Shown piece by piece: positions 37,641-50,292 of a stretch of DNA of 64,000 nucleotides (its first letter is position 1; every line of letters starts with the position of its first letter). The position numbers and the translations under genes were made by a program. The notes beneath the pieces were generated by a model, which ran no database searches, was not told the DNA's origin, and worked only from the letters and a program-made list of their open reading frames with translations. Origin of the DNA: Squalus acanthias (taxonomy: Eukaryota); contig CM059432.1 of NCBI GenBank assembly GCA_030390025.1, positions 150,104,001 to 150,168,000 on the forward strand, given 5' to 3'.

Positions 37641-38419
37641 AGTGATTTCTGTCAGTGGATTTACTGCACTCAGACTGTCACTCGCACTCTGGTAAAGTGA
37701 CTGGCCTCACCCAGGGATAGTCACTACCCAGCTGTGAAGTAATTGCAATATTCTCCTTTACTCTTTTCTTTCTTATTCTTATTTTTTCTTCCACGCTATT
37801 ATTTCCATCATTTGCCTCATCCCAACGACCTCAGGAGGGAGTCAGTTTCACACTCATGTGGCAAAGCCTACCCAGGCTGCTCAGCGAGAGTGAAAGTGCT
37901 CTATAACCTGTAGTGACGAGAGAGAAGTTACACCCCCACTGAGGAAGGTGGGTAAACCTTACCTTCTTTCTAATGAAAATGATTCTCTCTGAACTTGTAT
38001 AGCCAATGGGAATACCACTGTATTATTGAAGTGTATGGGCCATGTGTAATCAGTAAAACCTTTCGGCTTGGATTAGGATTTTGTTTGTAGATTTCCCTAA
38101 GCTGAACGTTATGTTTTCGCCACATTATTTGCATTCAAGGTTTACAGTTTTCTATCGGTTGGTTTAGGGTTTCCATTGGTCCAATAGATGTCTTTGATGA
38201 AGATAAACTAGCTTTCAAATAACTGAAGTTTTAAGTAATATTGGAGACTTTCGTTCCCCAATTTGTTTTCTCCTTTACTACCCCGGAGACAGTGACTCCT
38301 CCTGGGATACAGTTCCAAAGGTGCAAGCAGCTAACCGTACCTCACCCAAGAGATCATTCTTCATAGTTGAGTCTTGACTGAGTGTTGGTAAGCCATTTGA
38401 TAGTGGAGGGTATCGTAGG

Positions 38420-38652
38420 CGAGCATTTATTGTCCATCCCTAGTTGCCCTAAGGGTTTGAAGAGTCAGCCATGTAGCATTAGACTTGAGTCACGTGTAGG
38501 TCAGACCCAGTAGGACAGGAGGTTCTCTTCCCTGAAGGACATTAGTGGGTTTTTAGGACACTCTGCCAGCTTTCATGGTCATTTGCCAGTCCACAAATGG
38601 CCAGATTCATAGAATTCAATTTCACAACTTGCTGTGATGGGATTTGAACTTA
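38420..38652 (-). mobile_element. tRNA-derived SINE with a 3' tail from the second LINE family
   Basis: B-box-like GTTCAAATCCC on the minus strand; tail gggcaactagggatggacaataaatgc matches the LINE end at 5095-5121. Confidence 0.6.
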
Positions 38653-38971
38653 TGGAATCCTTAGCGCAAATTTTCTCCGGTGCTACGAGTGCTGTTTTGG
38701 TTCCAAAATGGTGTCCATGGTGCACGTGCACACTTCTGGGAGGAATCGCGCCGGACGCCATATTGGTGAGGGCATTAGCATGCACGCAGTAAATGTCCGC
38801 CAGAAGTATGCAGAGCAAGCAGATCATGATGTCAGTCAGCGTGCAAAGTGATTTGACATCAGCAGTGCCATTTTGGAGCTCAACTCTCCAGCTAACGCCC
38901 TCTCTTAACCTCGCTCAGCTGAACAAGTGTTCAGCAGCAGGAGAGAACCCCCCCACCAGCACTATTTAACC

Positions 38972-39580
38972 TACATAGGATTCCATAGGATATACGGCAC
39001 AGAAACAGGCCATTCAGCCCAACCAGTCCATGCCGGCGTTTATGCTCCACTCAAGCCTCCTCCCGTCTTTCTTCATCTAAATCTATCAGCATAACCCTCT
39101 ATTCCCTTCTCCCTCATATGCTTGTCCAGCCTCCCCTTAAATGCATCTACGCTATTCGCTTCAACCACTCCCTGTGGTAGCGAGTTCCACATTCTCACCA
39201 CTCTCTGGAGAAAGAAGTTTCTTCTGAATTCCCTATTGGATTTCTTGGTGACTATCTTATATTGATGGCCTCTAGTTATGCTCTTCCCCACAAGTGGAAA
39301 CATTCTCTCTGTATCCACTCTATCAAAACCTTTCATAATTTTAAAGACCTCTATTAGGTCACCCCTCAGCCTTCTTTTTTCAAGCAAAAAAAGACCCAGC
39401 CTGTTCATCCTTTCCTGATATGTATACCCTCACATTTCTGGTATCATCCTTGTAAATCTTCCCTGCACCCTCTCCAGTGCCTCTCTATCCTTTTTATAAT
39501 ATGGTGGCCAGAATTGTACGCAGTACTCCAAGTGTGGTCTAACCAAGGTTCGATACAGATTTAGCATAACTTCATTACTT
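38972..39580 (-). mobile_element. CR1 LINE 3' end inserted in the Harbinger 5' region
   Basis: LGLFLLEKRRLRGDLIEVFKIM...FFLQRVVRMWNSLP; 3' UTR and tail. Confidence 0.9.
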
Positions 39581-40438
39581 TTTGATTCTTACAGGTTAGT
39601 TGGTGATTGATTTCTACTGGCTGTTGATACGATTCTACAAGTGTTTGGTGCTTTCTATAGTTGTTTAAAGTTGCTAAAGTCTACAGGGAGTGGTGTGGCA
39701 GGTGCTGAAGGACTTTTTCTGACTTCAAGACTAATGCATAAACCATTTGCTGACAGACATGGGGGCACTAGTAGGAATATCCCTTGGAATACGGCATGAC
39801 TTGGCGAATGAGCAGAGGGCACACAGAGCAGGACAAGCTGCTGGAAGAGGGAGGAGGAGGAGGAGGAGAAGGGCTGTCAGCAAGGGGCCATATCCGCCCA
39901 GGGTGTTCAGGGAACAATTCTCCTAGCTGAACCTCAGCGAGGAACAATGTGTGAGACGTCTGCGCTTCAGTAAGGACGTCCTCACTGAAAGCTGCCACCT
40001 GATGCAGCCACAACTGTAACCTCAGAGCAGGGCAAGGACCGCACTGCCAGTGGCTGTGAAGGTGACCGTGGCGATGAACTTTTATGCGTCGGGCTCCGTC
40101 TAGGCTGGAGCAGGAGATATTTGCAACATCTCGCAGTTTGTCGTCCACTGTTGCGGAAGGGAGGTCACTGAGGCTCTCTATTCAAAGAGAGCTGAGGACA
40201 TTTCATTCTCTCTTGCCAGAGAGCAGCAGGCGGAGTGAGCACACGGCTTCACTAGGATTGCAGGCTTCCCCATGGAGCAGGGGGCCATTGACTGCACGCA
40301 CCTCACTTTCAGACGCCGCATGTCAACTCTGTCATATACCAGAACCGAAAGGGATTCCACTCCCTCATCGTCCAGCTGGTGTGTGACCATAGGCAGCGAA
40401 TCATGGAGATCAATGCCAGTATCGTGGCACCAGTCATG

Positions 40439-41165
40439 GGGGGAGAAATTCATTATCGTCCCGTTTGGGGGCGGTAACTTTTGAAAGCTGGGGAACTTAG
40501 CGCCGGGCGCTAATGATTCCCAGCTTTTAAAAAATTGGGTATTAGCGCTCCAGGAAGGAAGTGGAGCGCCAAATCAAGAGTCCATTTCCTTCCTGGAGCG
40601 CGACAGGCAGCAGGCGGGGCGGTCGGTGAGCAGCGCTCCACACTGGGCCGGGCAGCACTGCCGCGTTGGAAGGCTCCTTCCCTCCCTTAAAGGGAAGGGC
40701 CATTGCTGCAGGCTCTGCAAGGAAAAACCGTACCTGGTCCCCGACGGCAGCTGCGATCCAGCCCGATCAGCCCGATGCACTGCAGCAGAGTGCCGGGCCG
40801 ATCACTGGCAAAGACAAAGGGAAAAAGAGAAAGAGCATTTCAGAATTTTTTTTACTTACCTCGGTCACCTCGCCTTTAATCATCGCCCCCGAAGCGCCCG
40901 CCTCCTGCAGCTGCCGGTGTTTCCGCCCAGCGATGCTGCAGGAGGCGGAACCGAAGTTCAGGTTCAGGGCGCTGCGCAGCCAGATGACATCACGATCTCC
41001 GGACACATGAGGTTGTGACGCTAGGGGTTACCGCCACCGCAAACTGCCAGATGAATTTCGCAGGCAGCGGTAACATCGCCGCACCCGGGCGGTAAGTCAT
41101 TAGCGCCCCGTTAGCGCCCCACGGAGGAGCTAACAGGAGGCGCTAGCCAACCGACTTTCTCCCCC
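40439..41165. mobile_element. Harbinger-type MITE nested in a transposase pseudogene, TSD ATG
   Basis: TIR GGGGGAGAAA/TTTCTCCCCC; atg at 40436-40438 and 41166-41168; host rejoins as SHDAFIL. Confidence 0.92.
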
Positions 41166-43128
41166 ATGATGCCTTCATTCTGCTCCAGTCCGCTGTGCCG
41201 GCTGCATTTCAGCTACCACGGCAAACCAAAGGGTGACTACTGGGTGACGAGGGCTATTCACTGACGACATGGCTCATGACTCCGGTGCGCACCCCACGCA
41301 CACGTGCGCAGCACGCATACAATGAAAGCCATGCTGCCACACAAAATGTGATAGAGCAGACCATTGGCATGCTGAAACAATGCTTCCATTGCCCTGCAGT
41401 ACCGGGCAGAGTGGGTGTCAAGGTTCGTGGTGGTCTGCTGCATGCCGTACAACCTTGCCATCATGAGGGCACAGCCCTTGCTACCAGCTATATGGCGAGC
41501 AGCTGAGGAGCAGGAGCATGAGGAGGAGGAAGAGGAGGAGGAAGAGGAAGGGAGGAAGCAAACTAAACAGCCCCTTTCTGCCAGGCTGTCCGTGATGAAC
41601 TCATCTGAGTGCAATATCAGTAACCGCAATTCCAATTCCCCATTCTCCAACAGTCCCACACCTTACCTTCTCTCTGTCACTGACCATTACAGCGTCCGTT
41701 TCACCACTATGCAAAAATAAAAAACACCACAAAATAAACAATCCAAACCAAATTTATAAATGAAATCATGGCATATTGCATACAAAACTCAACCAATCAC
41801 CCTTGTACATTCCCTTAGTCTCTATCTTCCATGTAACTTTGTTTGTCCTCGTGCTCCTACGCAGTGCTACCCCAGTGGCTACAGCATGGCTGGTGGAAGG
41901 CTGCTGAGCTTCAGTCGAGGAGACTACAGATGGCCTTGCAGGATGACCTCGAGCAGCTCTGGGCCTAGAAGGCCTGGCTGCGGACTGCACCACCTCAGTA
42001 TGGGCGGCAGCAGTCTGGGCTGGCTGGCTGACAGACAACAGCAAGGGCACTGGCGGAGTGGCAGTGGTGGGAGGATGACTGCTGTCATCCTGAGAGAGGA
42101 CAGCAGGTTTGTGCTCCATGGAGCCACTGCAATCCTAGTAATCTGTTGGAGGACAGATTGCTAGATTGCTGTGACACCCTGTAAGCCCGTTTGAACACTG
42201 TAATCCACAGCCATGAAGGCAGCAAGCTGACCTTGCATGATACCAGTCTGAGCTTCAATGGCAACACTCAGACAATGGGTGGCTGCTGCCTGTGCTGCAA
42301 TAGAAGCTGAGACATCGGCCATCAGATGCTGCATCATGGTTGGATCATCAGGTGTGCTAATGGAGTTGGCCACCACTTCCATGCTGGAAGGAATGGGCTC
42401 CAAACTCTGCGCAAAGCCCTGTGCAGGGTTGGTGACGGACTTCTCAATGCTCCTTGACATTGCACGCAGACTTTCTGGCAGGCCTGCCAATGCACCATGC
42501 ATTTCATTGTGTATACCCATCAGCCTTCTTCCGTAGCCTGCTTCATTGAAGTCCTCATCTGAGTCCGGTGCAGCAGAACTCATGTGCGACCTCGCCCTCC
42601 GGCGAGCTGGCACCTGCTCTATCCTTGCCCCCTGCCCTGGCTGCAGGTCACTCGTGCCACATGCAGATCCTCTAAATTAGGCACCGTGTCAGTATCTGCG
42701 CTGGTGGCTGTGAGTGTGAAATCGGGTGATGGCGTGTCTTCATCACCACTGTCTTCTTGCTGTCCCTCCACTGTCTGGCCAGGCTGCACTTCTTGTGTAT
42801 CTGAAAGGATCAAGGCACGAGCGTAAGGTTGCGATGAGGGGAAGGGGGAAAGTAAGAGGCGAATTCTTACACCAAGCTTTATAAGATGTTTAAATTAGCT
42901 CACTCTGAACCATTTGAAATAACCCAGTCCAAAGTATATTACCACTTACACAAGCAGGGATGCAGTGTGACACTGAGGCAAACACCTAACTCCTACTTGT
43001 CAGTGTCATCAAAGATGAAATTAGACACAGAATTGCATTAACGAACACATCTATGATAACACGGTTAGCACCATCACAAGGTTAAGCTTCAAAGGGAACA
43101 GAGAGCACTTAATTATATATTATATATT

Positions 43129-43872
43129 GGCCCAGAAATTGATCTCGCTCTGTTCCCGCGGGGGTAAGGCTTTCCCGCGATCTCTCACCTCGCTTGTGCT
43201 TTTTCAGATCCAGCTCGCACGAACTTGATGTTCTAGAGATCAGCTGGGCAGTGCTTGCGTATCCCAGCGGCGTAGTGAATTCGTGCGAGCTGTGGGATCA
43301 CGTGACTCAGTTAGAGCCAATGGCAGCACACCATCTTCCATTCATATGTTTCACAGCACGGCTGTGAAATCTATGAATCTTACACCCCCCCAAAATAACA
43401 GCTAAACCTCAATTAAATTTAAAAAAAAAACCATCACATTAATAAAATAAGTATAGTTAATTAAATTAACCATTTTAAATAAAAAATTAAATTTTTGAAA
43501 AAATTTAAAATCTTTTAAAAAGTTATAAAAATAAACTTACCTGTCTTTAAAGTCTCTAAAAAAGATATACCTGTTAAAAAAAATTCAAAAAAATACTTAA
43601 TTCACTACTTACCTTCTTAAAAGTGGGTCTTACTCCTCCTTTTTACATTTCCAAAATCTTCCGTACTTACCTGCGCGTCCAAAGCATGAAGTGCACAGCG
43701 TGCGCGCAGCCTGTAGCGCGCACGCGATGCACCGAGGAACCGCCCCCTTTTCAGAAGAGCAATTGCCGGTTTTCAGCGCATGCGCAGGGCATGCAGAAAA
43801 CCGGCAATTGGAGTGGGAATACGCGAGAGTACGCAGTGCGTACTCTCGCGTCCCGGGATCAATTTTCGGCCC
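43129..43872. mobile_element. Harbinger-type MITE with an AT-rich core, TSD ATT
   Basis: ggcccagaaattgatc / gatcaattttcggccc; att at 43126-43128 and 43873-43875. Confidence 0.8.
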
Positions 43873-44476
43873 ATTATTAATCAACAGAATCTAAACCATT
43901 ACAGGCACAAACATAGCTTATGTGCCTTGAAGTAACTTAGCACTAGCGAGGTTCTACTTAATGCCGTATAATGGAGTCTTTTTTAATGTCTAGCATTGCA
44001 CTACTGCTTAGCAAGGTAAAATTTATGACGGGTATTCATTGTATCACGGGTAAATTTCCAGTGTTTGAGTACCCAGACTGTCCCTCTGTGATATAAACAT
44101 AAGACGTACAACCTTGTCCTTTTGCTATGTTGACTGTTGTAGTGTTGGATGGTCCTGTGAGATGCTCCAATTTAGGTTTGGGAACATTTGCGGCCAGTTG
44201 TGGTCTTTCTTTGTTTAGTTTTCTCCTTGTCCTTACTTAGCTAATCTTGCAGGTATTTTATCTCTCTAAGTTATTATATTGTGCATTTTCTCGCTCTGTG
44301 CTCAGACTTGAGCTCTTACACAGCAGTTGTGATACACTTTACAAGTTTTGCTTCTGTCAGATCAAACACTTAACCTTCCTCGTCCTATCAACATTCACCC
44401 CTAATAATTCCTCTGTGTTTGAGATTAGCTTGAGAGGTCGCACAACACCAGGTTATAGTCCAACAGTTTTATTTGA

Positions 44477-44522
44477 AATCACAAGCTTTCGGAGCTATCG
44501 ATTTGCTCCTTCCTCAGGTGAA
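44477..44522 (-). ncRNA. Minimal type I hammerhead ribozyme motif (3' pLTR)
   Basis: uucac-CUGAGGA-aggagc aaaucgaua gcucc-GAAA-GC-UU-gugau; stem I UCAC/GUGA. Confidence 0.75.
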
Positions 44523-44853
44523 GTAAATTAGATACAGAATCTCCAAAGCATATATAGATGGAAAACAAAGCATGTGTACTTTACAATTGCAGACCAATAA
44601 ATTAAATCATCCTGACTATCTGCCGAGGTGTGATAAAGTTAATTAAGTCAGCCAGGAAGGTACCACATCAAAGACATAGCAAGATACAACTGAGACAATG
44701 AGGTGTAGTCGCAGGGGTTCTAACGTGTCAAAAGCTGCCGTCTGTATGTAAAACGAAAAGCTTTAACATTTTTTTACTTTTTTACTGGGAAAATTTTTAC
44801 TTTTTTACTGGGAATCACATCTGTGAACAAGCTAACGACGACTCGAGTCCGGA

Positions 44854-47532
44854 TCACGTCATGTATCGTGACATAAACCCAAGATCCCGATTGAGACCGT
44901 CTTCATGAGTGCGGAACTTGGCTATCAGTTTCTGCTCGATGATTTTGCGTTGTCGTGTGTTTCTAAGGTTGCCTTGGAGAACGCTTACCCGCAGATCCGA
45001 GGCTGAATGTCCTTGACTGCTGAAGTGTTCCCCGACTGGGAGGTAACAATCCTGCCTGGCGATTGTTGCGCGGTGCTCGTTCATACGTTGTCTCAGTGTC
45101 TGCATGGTCTCGCCGATGTACCATGCCGCGGTGCATTCTTTCCTGCAACGTATGAGGTAGACAACGTTGGCCGAGTCACATGAGTATGTACCATGTACCT
45201 GGTGGGTAGTGTCCTCACGTGTGATGGTGGTATCTGTGTTGATGATCTGGCATGTCTTGCAGAGTTTGCCATGGCAGGGTTGTGTGGTGTCGTGGTCGCT
45301 GTTATCCTGAAAGCTGGGTAATTTGCTGCGAACGATGGTACTTCTGAGGTTAGGCGGCTGTTTGAAGGCAAGTAGTGGAGGCGTGGGGATGGCCTTAGCG
45401 AGGTGTTTGTCGTCATCGATGACATGTTGAAGGCTGCGAAGAACATGGCGTAGTTTCTCCGCTCCGGGGAAGTACTGGACGACGTAGGGTACCCTGTTGG
45501 TTGTGTCCCGTATTTGCCTTCTGAGGAGGTCTATGCGATTTTTCGCTGTGGCCCGTCGGAACTGTCGATCGATGAGTCGAGCGTCATATCCCGTTCTTAC
45601 GAGGGCGTTTTTCAGCGTCCGTAGGTGTCCATCGCGTTCCTCCTCGTCTGAGCAGATCCTGTGTATTCGCAGGGCTTGTCCATAGGGGATGGCTTCTTTA
45701 ACGTGGTTAGGGTGGAAGCTGGAGAAGTGGAGCATCGTGAGGTTGTCCGTGGGCTTGCGGTAGAGTGAAGTGCTGAGGTGTCCGTCTTTGATGGAGATTC
45801 GTGTGTCCAGGAATGAGACCGATTCTGAGGAGTAGTCCATGGTGAGTTTGATGGTGGGATGGAACTTGTTTATGTTATCGTGTAGTCTTTTCAGTGATCC
45901 TTCGCCATGGGTCCAAAGGAAGAAAATGTCGTCGATGTATCTGGTGTACAGCGTTGGCTGGAGGTCCTGTGCAGCGAAGAAGTCTTGCTCGAACTTGTGC
46001 ATGAAGATGTTGGCGTATTGGGGTGCGAATTTGGTCCCCATGGCTGTTCCGTGTGTTTGGGTAAAAAAATGGTTGTCGAAGGTGAAGACATTGTGGTCAA
46101 GGATGAAGCGGATGAGTTGTAGGATGGCGTCTGGAGATTGGCTGTTGTTGATGTTGAGTACTGAGGCTGTTGCAGCGATGCCGTCATCGTGGGGGATACT
46201 GGTGTAGAGTGCCGATACGTCCATCGTGGCAAGGAGTGTTCCTGGTTCAACTGGTCCGTGGGTGCTGAGTTTCTGTAAGAAGTCTGTAGTGTCGCGACAG
46301 AAGCTGGGGGTTCCCTGTACAATGGGTTTCAGAATGCCCTCGACGTATCCAGAGAGGTTCTCACACAGGGTTCCATTGCCTGATACGATAGGACGTCCGG
46401 GTGTGTTGGCTTTGTGTATCTTTGGGAGGCAGTAGAAGTCTCCCACGCGGGGAGTACGTGGGATGAGAGCGCGTAGGATGTTTTGAAGGTCTGGATCGAA
46501 GGTCTTGATCAGTCTATTGAGTTGGCGGGTGTGTTCTTTGGTCGGATCTGCGGGTAGCTGTCTGTAGTGTTCCTGGTTGTCCAGTTGTCGGTATGCTTCT
46601 TTACAATAGTCCGTTCTGTTCTGTATGACGATGGCTCCTCCTTTGTCCGCTGGTTTGATGACAATGTTGCGGTTGGTCTTGAGAGCGTGGATGGCGTTGC
46701 GTTGTGCTCGGGTGACATTCTGGACTGTCTTGTGAGTGCGGCTGATGAATCTGGCGTTGATGCATCTCCTGACAGCTTGAGCATACATGTCAAGCTTGGG
46801 GCAGCGACCCTCCGGAGGGGTCCAGTTTGACTCTTTTTTCTTCGGTTGCTGCACTGCGAGTCCCTCTGTCTGCTGTTCTGGATCATTGATTGTCTCATTG
46901 GGTTTGTTGCTGACATCTTGGGATTTGTGGAAGTATTCCCGGAGCCTCATTCTCCTGATGAATTCCTCCGTGTCTGCCGCGAGACCGATGGGATCCATTT
47001 TGGTGGTTGGGCAGAACTTGAGCCCTAGGGCGAGAACTTCGATTTCGTCTGGTTGAAGGGTATGGTCGGACAAGTTGACGATGGACTTCCCTGTGGTTGC
47101 AGCCGTGGTACCGGGGGAGGCTTGGTTGCTGCTGGTGGTGATGCCGAGTTTCTCAAGCTTCCTGTTCTTGATGCGCATGTAGGCAGCGTAGTTCCGTTGC
47201 CTCGTCTGTTTGGTGGTGTCTCGTAACTGGTCTGCTGTGTCCTGAGCACAGGCTGAGAGCATGGACTCTATCTTGGTTTCGAGGTTGTGGCGTTTGCTGT
47301 AGAGCTGGTGTACGAGATGGTTGAGGAGTGTGCGAGAGGTACGACGGCAGAGTCTCTCAGCGTAGTCTGTGTTGTATGTCGACTTGAGTGGGTTCGTGAT
47401 CTGTAGTCCTTTCGGGATCTTGTCTGCTTTCTTGCATCTCTGTAGATACTTGATGTCGGTGTCGATATGCGCGATCTTCTTGGCGATTCTCTCCACTTTG
47501 AGCCGGCAGTTTGTGGTGTCGATAGTGGTCAT
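44854..47532 (-). CDS. PLE reverse transcriptase + GIY-YIG endonuclease (892 aa from the first ATG)
   Basis: IKPADKGG, LPKIHK..PGRPIVS, DVSALYTSI, GTAMG, RYIDDIF, FLD and CHGKLCKTC linker (Neptune-type); VVYLIRC..WYIGET. Confidence 0.95.
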   Translation of the reverse strand: MTTIDTTNCRLKVERIAKKIAHIDTDIKYLQRCKKADKIPKGLQITNPLKSTYNTDYAERLCRRTSRTLLNHLVHQLYSKRHNLETKIESMLSACAQDTADQLRDTTKQTRQRNYAAYMRIKNRKLEKLGITTSSNQASPGTTAATTGKSIVNLSDHTLQPDEIEVLALGLKFCPTTKMDPIGLAADTEEFIRRMRLREYFHKSQDVSNKPNETINDPEQQTEGLAVQQPKKKESNWTPPEGRCPKLDMYAQAVRRCINARFISRTHKTVQNVTRAQRNAIHALKTNRNIVIKPADKGGAIVIQNRTDYCKEAYRQLDNQEHYRQLPADPTKEHTRQLNRLIKTFDPDLQNILRALIPRTPRVGDFYCLPKIHKANTPGRPIVSGNGTLCENLSGYVEGILKPIVQGTPSFCRDTTDFLQKLSTHGPVEPGTLLATMDVSALYTSIPHDDGIAATASVLNINNSQSPDAILQLIRFILDHNVFTFDNHFFTQTHGTAMGTKFAPQYANIFMHKFEQDFFAAQDLQPTLYTRYIDDIFFLWTHGEGSLKRLHDNINKFHPTIKLTMDYSSESVSFLDTRISIKDGHLSTSLYRKPTDNLTMLHFSSFHPNHVKEAIPYGQALRIHRICSDEEERDGHLRTLKNALVRTGYDARLIDRQFRRATAKNRIDLLRRQIRDTTNRVPYVVQYFPGAEKLRHVLRSLQHVIDDDKHLAKAIPTPPLLAFKQPPNLRSTIVRSKLPSFQDNSDHDTTQPCHGKLCKTCQIINTDTTITREDTTHQVHGTYSCDSANVVYLIRCRKECTAAWYIGETMQTLRQRMNEHRATIARQDCYLPVGEHFSSQGHSASDLRVSVLQGNLRNTRQRKIIEQKLIAKFRTHEDGLNRDLGFMSRYMT

Positions 47533-47617
47533 GATGCGGAGATGCCGGTGTTGGACTGGGGTGGACAAAATTGAGAGGTCGCACAACACCAGGTTATAGT
47601 CCAACAGTTTTATTTGA

Positions 47618-47663
47618 AATCACAAGCTTTCGGAGCTATCGATTTGCTCCTTCCTCAGGTGAA
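47618..47663 (-). ncRNA. Minimal type I hammerhead ribozyme motif (5' pLTR)
   Basis: Identical to the motif at 44477-44522. Confidence 0.75.
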
Positions 47664-50292
47664 GTAAATTAGATACAGAATCGCCAAAGCATATATAGAT
47701 AGAAAACAAAGCATGTGTACTTTACAATTGCAGACCAATAAATTAAATCATCCTGACTATCTGCCGAGGTGTGATAAAGTTAATTAAGTCAGCCAGGAAG
47801 GTACCACATCAAAGACATAGCAAGATACAACTGAGACAATGAGGTGTAGTCGCAGGGGTTCTAACGTGTCAAAAGCTGCCGTCTGTATGTAAAACGAAAA
47901 GCTTTAACATTTTTTTACTTTTTTACTGGGAAAATTTTTACTTTTTTACTGGGAATCACATCTGTGAACAAGCTAACGACGACTCGAGTCCGGATCACGT
48001 CATGTATCGTGACATAAACCCAAGATCCCGATTGAGACCGTCTTCATGAGTGCGGAACTTGGCTATCAGTTTCTGCTCGATGATTTTGCGTTGTCGTGTG
48101 TTTCTAAGGTTGCCTTGGAGAACGCTTACCCGCAGATCCGAGGCTGAATGTCCTTGACTGCTGAAGTGTTCCCCGACTGGGAGGTAACAAGCTGACTTGT
48201 ATTCTATGCCACAGCTAATAAAGGCAAGCATTCCGCATGCCTTCTTAACCACCTTATCTACCTGGTCTGCTACGTTCAGGGATCTGTGGACATGCACTCC
48301 AAGGTCCCTTTGTTCCTCTACACTACTCAGTGACCTACCATTTAATGTGTATTCCCTTTCCTTGTTAGCCCTCCCCAAATGCATTACCTCACACTTCTCC
48401 GGATTGAATTCTATTTGAACTGTTCTGCCCACCTGACCAATTTATTGATATCTTCCTGCATTCTACAGCTTCCTTCTTCAGTATCAACCACACAGCCGAT
48501 TTTAGTATCATCTGCAAACTTCTTAATCATACCCCCTATATTCAAGTCTAGATCATTGATATATACCACAAAAAGCAAGGGACCTAGTACTGACCCCTGC
48601 GGAACCCCACTAGAAACAGCCTTCCAGTCACAAAAACACCCATCAACCATTACCCTCTGCTTCCTGCCTCTGAGCCAGTTTTGAATCCAACTTGATACTT
48701 TGCCCTGGATCCCATGGGCTTTTAACTTTGTGACCAGTCTGCCATGTGGAACCTTATCAAAAGCCTTGCTAAAGTTCATATACACTACATCAAATGCACT
48801 ACCCTCATCTACCCTCCTTGTTACCTCCTCAAAAAATTCAATCAAGTTTGTCAGACACGACCTTCCCTTAACAAATCCGTGCTGACTATCCTTGATTAAT
48901 CCGTGTCTTTCTAAATGAAGATTTATCCTGTCCTTCAGAATTCTTTCCAATAATTTTCCCACCACCGAGGTTAGGCTGAGTGGCCTGTAATTACTCAGTC
49001 TATCCTTTTCTCCCTTTTTAAACAAGGGTACCACATTAGCAGTCCTCCAGTCCTCCGGCACCACATCTGAAGCCAGAGAGGATTGAAAAATGATGGTCAG
49101 GACCTCTGCTATTTCCTCTTTTGCTTCGCTTAACAGCCTGGGATACATTTCATCCGGGCTTGGGGATTTATCCACTTTTAAAGCTGCTAAACCCCTTAAT
49201 ACTTCCTCTCTCACTATGTTTATTTCATCTAATATTTCACACTCCTCCCCCGATAGCAATGTCTGCTTTGCCCCTCTCCTTTGTGAAAACAGACGCAAAG
49301 TATTCATTAAGAACCCGACAGACATCTCCCGCCTCCACACACACATTACCCTCATGATCTCTAATAGGCCCTATCCTTTCTTTAGTTATCCTCTTACTCT
49401 TAATATATTTATAAAACATCTTTGGGTTTTCCTTGATTTTACTTGCCAAGAATTTTTCATGCTCTCTATTTGCTTTCCTAATATCATTTTTAATTGCACT
49501 CCTGCACTTTCTGTACTCCTCTAAAGATTCTGGAGTATTTAGTCCTCGGTATCTGTCATACGCCTCCCTTTTTTTCTTTATCCTACCCTGTATGTCCCTA
49601 GACATCAAGGAGGCTCTAGATTTGTTAGTCCCACCTTTTTTCTTTAAGGGTACATATTTGGTCTGAACCCTCCGGATCTCCTCCTTGAATGCCTCCACTG
49701 CTCTGACACTGATTTACCTTCAAGTAGCTGTTTCCAGTCTACTATGGCTAAAGCCCCTCTGAGCTTAGCAAAATTTGCTTTTCCCCAATTTAGAATTTTT
49801 ATTCCTGGTCCATCCTTGTCCTTTTCCATAACTACCTTAAATCTAACTGAATTATGGTCACTTGCACCAAAATGCTCCCCCACTGATACGCCTTCTCCCT
49901 GCCCAGCTTCATTCCCTAAAACTAAGTCCAGAACTGCCCCCTGCCTTGTTGGGCTTGCTACATACTGGCTAAAAAAGTTCTCCAGGATGGATTTTAGGAA
50001 TTCCGCACCCTCTATACCCTTCACACTAATTATATCCCAGTTACTATTGGGGTAGTTGAAATCCCCTACTATTACTGCCCTGTAGTTTTTGTTCTTCTAT
50101 CTCCCTCTCACTGTTTGGGGGTCTGTAGTACACTCCCAGCAGTGTGATCGCCCCTTTTTTGTTTTTCAATTCAACCCATATGGCCTCGTTTGATGATCCC
50201 TCCAACATATAGAACATAGAACATAGAACAGTACAGCACAGTACAGGCCCTTCGGCCCTCGATGTTGTGCCGAGCATTGTCCGAGACCAAGA

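Larger units (their letters stand above)
38661..42880 (+). mobile_element. Decayed Harbinger element (transposase about 39759-41622 on +; Myb exon 3 remnant about 41810-42800 on -)
   Basis: MGALVG start, [30 protein letters not shown] and acidic tail; minus-strand ORFs homologous to Myb exon 3 at 18849. Boundaries approximate. Confidence 0.8.
44430..48190 (-). mobile_element. Full-length Neptune-type Penelope-like retroelement with about 620-bp direct pseudo-LTRs
   Basis: 44430-45049 is repeated at 47571-48190 (offset 3141), flanking an intact ORF. Confidence 0.95.

Noticed and set aside
47995..48432. CR1-RT/GIY-YIG fusion ORF (145 aa)
   Set aside because: An in-frame junction between a truncated decayed CR1 and the Penelope pLTR; it lacks the catalytic parts of both.
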